From Prochlorococcaceae cyanobacterium jk18x22bins.40 (GTDB lineage: Bacteria; Cyanobacteriota; Cyanobacteriia; PCC-6307; Cyanobiaceae), in contig JAJDVL010000005.1 of assembly GCA_022826155.1 (NCBI GenBank), positions 1-20,070 of the forward strand: a stretch of DNA of 20,070 nt, in the 5' to 3' direction. The position numbers and the translations under genes were made by a program. Shown piece by piece: positions 1 to 6,893 of this stretch. Position 1 is the first letter of the stretch, and each line of letters begins with the position of its first letter. Below the pieces are notes generated by a model that saw only the letters and a program-made list of their open reading frames with translations, did no database searches and was not told the DNA's origin.

Positions 1-1
1 T

Positions 2-586
2 ACCACCATGGGCTGGTTCTTTGGCTTCAAGCTCCATCTGCGCATCAATCACAAGGGCCGGATCATGCCCTTCAGGATTACGGATGGAAGCAGAGACGAC
101 CGCAAACCGCTTGAGGATATGACCGCTGCTCTACAAGGGAAGATCTTTGCTGATCAAGGCCATGTTTCCAAGTCGCTGCTGGAGCGACTCCGGCAACGGG
201 GCCTTCACTTGCTCACCAGCATTCGCCGCAACATGAAGAACGACTTGATACCCATGCTGGACAAAGAGCTGGTGCGCAAACGATTCATTATTGAAACCCT
301 CTTTGACCAGCTTAAGTCCAGCATGGGCCTGGAGCACACCCGACACCGATCCGCCATCACCGCCTTCGTCCACATTCTCTCCTGCCTGGCGGCTTACACC
401 CTGGCACAACCCAAGGTCAACATTGCCAACATCGGTATCCCCAACACCATGCCCAGCATCACAACCTCCTCTTCATCTTATCCAGAATTGAGGTTAACTA
501 CAATTCTCCACCTTCCATTGGCATCTATCGCACGGGATGGGAGATTGAGCAGTTTATATCTGCCTGTAATGTTCCCTTTGAAGTGA
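2..586 (+). mobile_element. IS982-family transposase, 3' portion (5' end lies outside the window)
   Basis: Frame is open to the window edge (..TTMGWFFGFKLHLRINHKGRIMPFRITDGSRDDR...IFADQGHVSKSLLERLRQRGLHLLTSIRRNMKN...RFIIETLFDQLKSSMGLEHTRHRS), the typical IS982 DDE transposase C-terminal half. The probable right end TTATCCAGAATTGAGGT falls at about 478-494, so the annotated ORF tail past ~494 is read-through into flanking DNA. Confidence 0.85.
478..494 (+). repeat. Probable right terminal inverted repeat of the IS982-like element (reads ACCTCAATTCTGGATAA on the minus strand)
   Basis: ACC-starting outer end directly after the transposase C-terminus, as expected for IS982-family ends. The left partner is outside the window, so this is unverified. 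Confidence 0.45.
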
Positions 587-823
587 GTGGTTCTCGCGTG
601 TCCTTGTTGAGCAACTGTCTTATGGAGCTCAATAACAGCTTCAAAGTCAAGCAGGTGTTCCCACTGGCCGCCACTGTCTTCTTCTGGTGACCTGGGACCT
701 GGCCTATTGCGATGTCTCAGAACTCCCTGACAAACCCATGACCATCAGAGGCAATCATCCCTCCACCAACTTCCTGCTCCCTCTTCTTCCCATTTCTCGT
801 GGTGCCCGTGAGGACGCTCAGTA

Positions 824-1594
824 TTATTGTACATTCATTGATCTTCCTTCCCCTCTTGAAACCCAGAAAACTGGTTCACCTGTCCCCCAAGGCTCCCAGC
901 CGACTTGAAGATTATTCGCAGCGGCAACGGAACGAATCTTCTGATAGGCTGCAAAGCCTTCTTTCTCGAGAATAACATATATTGCTTTATTCTCCGCTGC
1001 TGCTTGATTTAGCCGACGTCTCAGGGAACTATCATCTTTCTCTAAATCTTCTATGGCATATGTGGGTTTCCCTGATCTCTGAGTACGAATCTCAAGACTC
1101 TTAAGAATATCTAATAAATTCTCATAATAATTACCAATATTATTAAGAAAATAACGATCAGAATCAAAAATAATATCAACCAAGGCCGATTTAATTTGGC
1201 TTTTGGCGAATGAATATTCTTCGTTGATAGACTTCGTCTGTTTTTCTATACAATTAATATCATATCGTAGAGAATAAAAGTAATTTGAATAGTCGTAGTC
1301 CAAACATACCCAAGAGACTTTAGAACCTACTGCACGTCGCAACTCGTGCCCCAGATCCCTGGCAGGTTGCAGATCCCAGATGCCAGCCTCACCGGCTTGC
1401 AATACTACAAATTCTTTATAGGTTTCTTGTGCTAATGGTGTACGAATTCTCAGGGAGGCATTGACGACTACGATGGCAGATAAAGCAGCCACCAAGGTGA
1501 GCACTCCCACAAGGTTCGCCAGCACATCCATGATCCCGTCCTGGTCCGGAGGCAGGCCACCAACTGCAGCAGCCTTGCGGCGCCGTCTTTTCAT
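824..1594 (-). CDS. ExbD/TolR-like single-TM protein of uncharacterised type (256 aa), third gene of the cassette
   Basis: N-terminal basic segment, then DQDGIMDVLANLVGVLTLVAALSAIVVV (TM with Asp in the ExbD position), a long mostly charged/helical insert, and C-terminal AIYVILEKEGFAAYQKIRSVAAANNLQVGWEPWG. ATGA overlap with the upstream gene at 1591-1594. Confidence 0.75.
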   Translation of the reverse strand: MKRRRRKAAAVGGLPPDQDGIMDVLANLVGVLTLVAALSAIVVVNASLRIRTPLAQETYKEFVVLQAGEAGIWDLQPARDLGHELRRAVGSKVSWVCLDYDYSNYFYSLRYDINCIEKQTKSINEEYSFAKSQIKSALVDIIFDSDRYFLNNIGNYYENLLDILKSLEIRTQRSGKPTYAIEDLEKDDSSLRRRLNQAAAENKAIYVILEKEGFAAYQKIRSVAAANNLQVGWEPWGTGEPVFWVSRGEGRSMNVQ

Positions 1595-2067
1595 AGGAGT
1601 GCTCCCCCAGGGGCCCGGATTCGCCAGTCCTCATGTAGAGGTTCATAGCCAATGTCGATACCAGCGTTTTCCGCTCGCTCTCGCAGCGCTTCGAAGTCTG
1701 AAAATCCCTCTGGGCGGACACCAATGATTAAGTATCTTGACCTTTTGCTGGCTTGAATCGAGTTGATTAGTGAATCAACACGGGGATCTTCAAGATCTGT
1801 CTGAAAGCTTTCACCACCATCGTGAATCTCGATTAAGTTTGATCCATTGCAGATAATATAACTGGCAGTTCGAGTTTGCTCTTGAAAAGTCAAGGTCTCT
1901 TCCTTGGCTATGAGCTCAATAATCTGATATCCAGATCTCATCTGGCTGATGAGAACTGAGATAATCAGAACAAGCACTCCAACTGTTCCACCAAGGATGT
2001 CGAGGAAGGAGAACAGGCTCACCGGTGGTTTGGACATCCTACGATTAGCAACAATACGCGCCATCAC
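1591..2067 (-). CDS. ExbD/TolR-like single-TM protein of uncharacterised type (158 aa), second gene of the cassette
   Basis: VSLFSFLDILGGTVGVLVLIISVLI (TM with Asp in the ExbD position) and C-terminal YLIIGVRPEGFSDFEALRERAENAGIDIGYEPLHEDWRI. Start is GTG at 2067 or ATG at 2064, preceded by GGAGGAG. Overlaps the upstream TAG stop. Confidence 0.75.
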   Translation of the reverse strand: MMARIVANRRMSKPPVSLFSFLDILGGTVGVLVLIISVLISQMRSGYQIIELIAKEETLTFQEQTRTASYIICNGSNLIEIHDGGESFQTDLEDPRVDSLINSIQASKRSRYLIIGVRPEGFSDFEALRERAENAGIDIGYEPLHEDWRIRAPGGALL

Positions 2068-3305
2068 TAGTTCTCCTCCACCAGCACAATCTTGCGTGGT
2101 CTGCCCACTTCGGTTAAAGCATTTTTGAGTAGACTTAATGTACTGTTCAGCTCAGTCAAAGATTCATGTAAGTGGGCGCTTGCTTGAAGCTGGGCCAATT
2201 CTGATGAAAGACTGGAGAGCTTGTTAAGCTGTTCCAGTAGGGGCTGAAGGGCATCAACGGAGTTACCCAATCCCTTGGCACTCCTGTCAAGGGCATCACA
2301 GATCTCTTCACCTTGCTGTTGGACGTTTATCCTTGCGGATTCGATCCCGGCGATGGCTTCATCAGCCATTTTATGTAGAGGCTGCAAGTGTTCCACCAGA
2401 TTCCGGGCCGCTTTCTCCGCATAGACCTTGGCTGGCTCCACCAGCACCTCCGGGTTGGGTAAGTGGGTGGTAAATGCGGCAGAGATGGCCCTCTCGAGGG
2501 TGGCTTCGTCGATGCCATCCGTTTCCGGCAAGGCTTCAAGAATCTTATTCCTTAAGTCCAGATCAATCTTCGTCAACAATCGTTGTTCCAGACGTTCAAG
2601 GAGGGTCAGTGGTAGCATAACCACCAGGGAAATTGTCAATGCCAGAAACGTTGTGTCAAAAGCTGTACCCAGACCTTCCGTGACCTGGCTGAGGCCATCT
2701 CTGAGAACATTGAAATCTTCAACTGAGGCGGCAATAAATGATTCAAAACTCCCAATTGCCTCGCCTATGCCCAACACAGTCCCAATAAATCCCAATACAG
2801 GGATAGCCCAAATAAGAATCTTCGGCAGTGCATAACTTGCCTGATAGGCCAGGTCATAGGCTTCAGTGTCATGATCCAGAGTACGCTCCACCTGTGTGGT
2901 GGAGCCACTATCAATCCATAAGGTCAAAAGTTTATTGGTGCGACGGGCCAGGAGACTGGGATCCTGTTCACTGAGGCTGAGCATCATTTCTGCAGTTTCT
3001 CGGCTGGCATCGTTCAGCTTGACAATACTGGATTGATCATGGGCCCTGATTGCCCTGATCAACAGGATCGCCTTGGCCACCAGAAATCCGAGGACCATGC
3101 CTCCGACAATCATACTGATCGGTTGAATCATTCCCCGTTGATGCAGAAGGGCATGGGCCCAGGAATCCGATGGACTTGCTGCTTGCCATAGGATCAATCC
3201 CAGCCCGGCACCTCCCAAGAGCCAATAGGGGGACCGGGGATCCAGGTCACGACGTACGGAAAGACGCTTTTTCTGCCACTGCCGAAAGATCGAACTCCTT
3301 GACAA
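2067..3305 (-). CDS. MotA/TolQ/ExbB proton-channel family protein with extended C-terminal helical tail (412 aa), first gene of the cassette
   Basis: Hydrophobic segments WLLGGAGLGLILW, ISMIVGGMVLGFLVAKAILL, ILIWAIPVLGFIGTVLGIGEAIGSF and GLGTAFDTTFLALTISLVVMLPLTLLE match TolQ/ExbB/MotA TM3-TM4 signatures. Start codon is TTG at 3305 with GGAG just upstream. Confidence 0.85.
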   Translation of the reverse strand: MSRSSIFRQWQKKRLSVRRDLDPRSPYWLLGGAGLGLILWQAASPSDSWAHALLHQRGMIQPISMIVGGMVLGFLVAKAILLIRAIRAHDQSSIVKLNDASRETAEMMLSLSEQDPSLLARRTNKLLTLWIDSGSTTQVERTLDHDTEAYDLAYQASYALPKILIWAIPVLGFIGTVLGIGEAIGSFESFIAASVEDFNVLRDGLSQVTEGLGTAFDTTFLALTISLVVMLPLTLLERLEQRLLTKIDLDLRNKILEALPETDGIDEATLERAISAAFTTHLPNPEVLVEPAKVYAEKAARNLVEHLQPLHKMADEAIAGIESARINVQQQGEEICDALDRSAKGLGNSVDALQPLLEQLNKLSSLSSELAQLQASAHLHESLTELNSTLSLLKNALTEVGRPRKIVLVEEN

Positions 3306-3440
3306 AATGCTCCGATACCAACAATACCATAATAATACACACAGAGAAAGGGGGTTTAGCCTTGCTACTTAACTAAGGGAAACAGTCCAGGAGTTGATGG
3401 GGATCGACAAGGGAACAGTGGCTTGCTGTTGCCCTGAATC

Positions 3441-3551
3441 CTGACCAGGGAAACGGGCTCGCCACCCACTCCATGGGACCGTTTCCGAGGGGGAGCCTGG
3501 TCAGCTTCTCCGGTCCGGTCCAGTGTCCTGGAAAGCCCTCCTGGGGGAGGG
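3441..3551. other. Cluster of inverted repeats/hairpins in the intergenic region between tRNA-Ser and the motor cassette
   Basis: CTGACCAGGGAAACGG (3441-3456) pairs with CCGTTTCC (3479-3486) and CTGGTCAG (3497-3504). Additional hairpins: TCCAG-tgtc-CTGGA (3519-3532) and CCCTCC-tggg-GGAGGG (3536-3551). Confidence 0.55.
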
Positions 3552-3602
3552 GAGTGGGCTCTCCCGTGGGAGCATTTGAATTGCCTTGGGGTCTATTGGG
3601 AA

Positions 3603-3689
3603 CGGAGAGGGTGGGATTCGAACCCACGAGGGTTTTGGCCCTACACGATTTCGAGTCGTGCGCAATCAACCGGACTCTGCCACCTCTCC
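3603..3689 (-). tRNA. tRNA-Ser (anticodon CGA)
   Basis: Minus strand reads GGAGAGGTGGCAGAGTCCGGTTGATTGCGCACGACTCGAAATCGTGTAGGGCCAAAACCCTCGTGGGTTCGAATCCCACCCTCTCCG. 7-bp acceptor stem GGAGAGG/CCTCTCC, anticodon stem-loop CACGA-CTCGAAA-TCGTG, long variable arm, T-loop GGTTCGAATCC and discriminator G. Confidence 0.95.
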
Positions 3690-3707
3690 CAGGGAAACAG
3701 CCTTAGC

Positions 3708-5402
3708 TTAACGAACCGGGGGCAGCGGCGGCCAGGCATCGAGCAGGGCGGCGCCGTCACCACTGGCCCACCGCCGGGCAGCAGGGCCGATCAGCACTCG
3801 GGCACGGCGGCCACCGGCCACTACCCCATAGGCATGGGCCTCGTAGCTGAGGGGAACCAACATCAATCCCGGACTCTCCAGACGCACCCCGGGCACCAGG
3901 CGCCCGTCACGACCCCGCACCAACTGTTGACTGAGGGAGTCCCAACAGCGGCGCTGCTCCTCGCTCATGCGGTAGGTGACCAGGATCCAGTCAAAGCCGT
4001 CCAGGCCCAGGCGGTGGAGTTCCCGGCGGGCGCGGCGACAAAAGGGTAGCCTCGCGGTGGCGGAAATCAAGGCGGCGCGGCCCCCGTGACGGGCCACCAG
4101 AAAGGGGACGGGCTTCCTGCTGCGTTCCGCAGTGGCGCTGCGCCGCTGGGACCAACCCAGTTGGCGGATCTCATCGGAGAAGCGCATCTGCAACTGCAAG
4201 AGCAGAGCCAACAGCAGGAGCATGGGGGCCAACCATGGCCGCCGCCAGGGGCGACCGGCTGCGCCAGCGGGTCGGGGCACCAGCCACCAGAGGCAGGCCG
4301 TCACCAGCAGGACTGCCGCCAGGGGTACGGGCTGGCCCAGGGGCACTTCCGCCAGGGGCAGGCTGGCCGCGCCATGGACCATCCACAGGAAACACCACAC
4401 CACCAACTGCAACACAGGCCGCACCACCACCAGCAGCCAGCCCGTGAACACCGGCGGCAGCAGCAACACCGGCGCCATGACCATGGCCGCCAGGGTGAGG
4501 GGCGCCAGGACAGGAGTGAGCAGCAGATTGACGGGGATGCCGTAGAGGGGCAGCCGGCCGAAGTGGAGTAGTTGGAGGGGAATGGTCCAACAGGTGGCCG
4601 CCAGGGGGACCGCCATGGCCATGGCCAGGCGCTGGGGCAGCCAACGGCCCAATCCCTCCCCCATGGGTCCTGCCGAGACCACCAGCCCCATGGTGGCCAC
4701 CACACTGAATTGAAAGCCCAGGGATTGCACCCACACCGGCGCAATCAGCAGCATGGCGATGACCGCCACCAACAACACCCCCACAGGCCGTTGGCGGGTC
4801 TTCAAGCTGAGGAGGAGCAGCCCCAGCCCGGCCATGAGCGCGGCCCGCACCACCGAGGGCTGGGGACCGGCCAGGGCGATAAACCCCAGGATCACCACAG
4901 CCCCCAGCCCCAACCGCAGCACCCGCCGCTGCCCGGCCATGAGCAGCACGCTGCTGAGCAACACCGACAGGTGGAACCCTGATGCCGCCAGGGCATGGGA
5001 AAGCCCGGCCCGACGAAAATCCTCCCGGATCATCTCCGGCACCTGGGCCATTTTCTGCCCCATCACCAGGGCAGCCAGCAAGGGACCGGACGGGGAGGAC
5101 AAGGCCTCGGTATAGGACTGCACCAAGTGGCTGCGCACCTGGGCCACCACCGCCACGGCCTGCTGTTCGTCCACAGGGGTGAAGGCGGAACCGGCCACGG
5201 CCAGCTCCGCCCGCCACTGCCCATAGCCCGCAAAGGCCACCACCAGCAGACAAGGCAAGCACCGCACCCCCCAACCCTGCCCACCAGCAAGGCGGGACGT
5301 CAGCAGCAGCAAACCTACCCCCACGGGCAGGGACCAGAAAAACTGCTCCAGACCCCCCAACACCAACCCGGCCAGCACCCCGGCACACCCCAGCCAAAGC
5401 AT
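3708..5402 (-). CDS. comEC: ComEC/Rec2-family competence membrane protein
   Basis: GPLLAALVMGQKMAQVPEMIREDFRRAGLSHALAASGFHLSVL and later TM segments, the typical ComEC competence domain (SHALAASGFH, 'ALVxG', 'FxxAGLSHxLAxSG'). Confidence 0.88.
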   Translation of the reverse strand: MLWLGCAGVLAGLVLGGLEQFFWSLPVGVGLLLLTSRLAGGQGWGVRCLPCLLVVAFAGYGQWRAELAVAGSAFTPVDEQQAVAVVAQVRSHLVQSYTEALSSPSGPLLAALVMGQKMAQVPEMIREDFRRAGLSHALAASGFHLSVLLSSVLLMAGQRRVLRLGLGAVVILGFIALAGPQPSVVRAALMAGLGLLLLSLKTRQRPVGVLLVAVIAMLLIAPVWVQSLGFQFSVVATMGLVVSAGPMGEGLGRWLPQRLAMAMAVPLAATCWTIPLQLLHFGRLPLYGIPVNLLLTPVLAPLTLAAMVMAPVLLLPPVFTGWLLVVVRPVLQLVVWCFLWMVHGAASLPLAEVPLGQPVPLAAVLLVTACLWWLVPRPAGAAGRPWRRPWLAPMLLLLALLLQLQMRFSDEIRQLGWSQRRSATAERSRKPVPFLVARHGGRAALISATARLPFCRRARRELHRLGLDGFDWILVTYRMSEEQRRCWDSLSQQLVRGRDGRLVPGVRLESPGLMLVPLSYEAHAYGVVAGGRRARVLIGPAARRWASGDGAALLDAWPPLPPVR

Positions 5403-5520
5403 GGGATCCTCCCCAAGCCATCACTGCCCATGGTTCCCTCACCCTCAGCCCGTGGACACGGGCAAGCAACAGCAAACCGGAGAGCTAACGTCCATGGCAG
5501 CCTGTGCCCCAGCCCGCACC

Positions 5521-6822
5521 ATGAAAGGCCTGTTTGAAAGCCAGGCGCCCCAGCCCCTTGCCGACCTGTTGCGTCCGGAGCGGCTGGATCAGGTGGTGGG
5601 GCAGGGTCATCTGCTGGCGGAGGATGCACCCATTGGTCGCATGGTGGCGCAACGGCGGGTGGCATCCATGATTCTTTGGGGGCCGCCCGGTGTGGGCAAG
5701 ACCACCATTGCCCGCCTGCTGGCCCAACAAACGGATTACGCCTTCGAGCCCCTGTCGGCTGTTTTTTCCGGCGTGGCGGAGTTGCGCAAGGTGTTTCAGC
5801 GGGCAACGGAGTTGCGCCAAACGGGGCGGGGGACCTTGCTCTTCATCGACGAGGTGCATCGGTTCAACCGCGCCCAGCAGGACGGCTTCCTTCCTTACGT
5901 GGAAAACGGCACCGTGGTGCTGGTGGGGGCCACCACGGAAAATCCATCCTTTGAACTCAACGGGGCGCTGCTGTCCCGTTGTCAGGTCTTCGTGCTGCGG
6001 CGCCTTGACGAGACGGCATTGGAGACCCTGCTGATGCGCAGCGAGTCCGCCGTTAACCGGCCATTGCCCCTGGACGGCTCCGGCCGGGATGCCCTCAAGG
6101 CCATGGCGGATGGTGACGGCCGTTTTCTGCTCAACCTTGCCGATGAACTGCTCCATCTGCCCGACGACACCCGGCTTGACGGGGCGGCCCTGGCCCGCAC
6201 GGTCCAGAAACGGGCGCCCGTGTACGACAAAAACCGTGAGGAGCACTACAACCTGATCAGCGCTCTCCACAAATCCCTACGGGGCTCCGACGTGGATGCC
6301 GCCTTGTATTGGCTGGCCAGGATGCTGGCGGGTGGCGAGGATCCCCGCTACATCTTACGGCGCTTGACCCGGTTCGCCTCTGAAGACATTGGCCTGGCTG
6401 ATCCCCAGGCACTCCCCCAGGCCCTGGCCTGCTGGAACGCCTATGATCGCATCGGATCACCCGAAGGTGAACTGGCGGTTGCCCAATGCACCATCTATCT
6501 GGCCACCGCCCCCAAATCCAACGCCGTCTATAGGGGACTTGCCGCCGCCAAACGGGCGGCGCGGACCACAGGATCACTCATGCCGCCGGCCCATATCCTC
6601 AACGCGCCCACCCAATTGATGAAAGATCTTGGCTACGGCGCCGGCTACGCCTATGACCACGACACTGCGGACGGCTTCTCGGGGCAGAACTATTTTCCGG
6701 ACGCCATGGAACGGCAACAACTCTATCACCCCATCGAACGGGGCTTTGAACGGGAAATCATCAAACGGCTGGCCTGGTGGGAGAAGCTGCGCAGGAAGAG
6801 GAATCTTTCTCTTAGCAGTTGA
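5521..6822 (+). CDS. rarA: AAA+ replication-associated recombination protein RarA (MgsA family)
   Basis: LLRPERLDQVVGQGHLLAEDAPIGRMV, Walker A WGPPGVGKTT, Walker B LLFIDEVHRFNRAQQD, VGATTENPSF and SEDIGLADPQAL. The ORF is open from 5401, but homology begins around MKGLFESQAPQPLADLLRPERLD. Start at 5494 is also possible. Confidence 0.92.
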   Translation: MKGLFESQAPQPLADLLRPERLDQVVGQGHLLAEDAPIGRMVAQRRVASMILWGPPGVGKTTIARLLAQQTDYAFEPLSAVFSGVAELRKVFQRATELRQTGRGTLLFIDEVHRFNRAQQDGFLPYVENGTVVLVGATTENPSFELNGALLSRCQVFVLRRLDETALETLLMRSESAVNRPLPLDGSGRDALKAMADGDGRFLLNLADELLHLPDDTRLDGAALARTVQKRAPVYDKNREEHYNLISALHKSLRGSDVDAALYWLARMLAGGEDPRYILRRLTRFASEDIGLADPQALPQALACWNAYDRIGSPEGELAVAQCTIYLATAPKSNAVYRGLAAAKRAARTTGSLMPPAHILNAPTQLMKDLGYGAGYAYDHDTADGFSGQNYFPDAMERQQLYHPIERGFEREIIKRLAWWEKLRRKRNLSLSS

Positions 6823-6893
6823 GCATTTCCACTCGTAAGTCCTGACCTAGAGCAGGATTTGTACCGTTTTGCCTAACACAGACCCTTAAAATT

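Noticed and set aside
687-908. 73-aa plus-strand ORF
   Set aside because: Overlaps the end of ORF3 antisense, is short and low-complexity Pro/Ser-rich, and has no family features.
824-3305. Calling the MotA-like/ExbD-like trio a Zorya defence system
   Set aside because: There is no ZorB-type protein with an OmpA-like peptidoglycan-binding domain and no ZorC, ZorD helicase/nuclease or ZorE nearby. Only the channel-plus-peg logic is shared, so it is reported as an unclassified motor-like cassette.
3373-3669. ORFs 3373..3669 (-), 3473..3706 (+) and 3576..4049 (+) around the tRNA
   Set aside because: They run through the tRNA-Ser gene and the hairpin-rich intergenic sequence. 'GWDSNPRG' is the usual false translation of a tRNA T-arm.
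4171-5475. 434-aa minus-strand ORF overlapping comEC in another frame
   Set aside because: Ala/Gly/Arg-rich shadow frame. The comEC frame carries recognisable domains.
5401-5520. N-terminal extension of rarA from the ATG at 5401
   Set aside because: The extension is non-homologous-looking (MGSSPSHHCPWFPHPQPVD...) and would overlap the divergent comEC start. Starts at 5521 or 5494 fit better.
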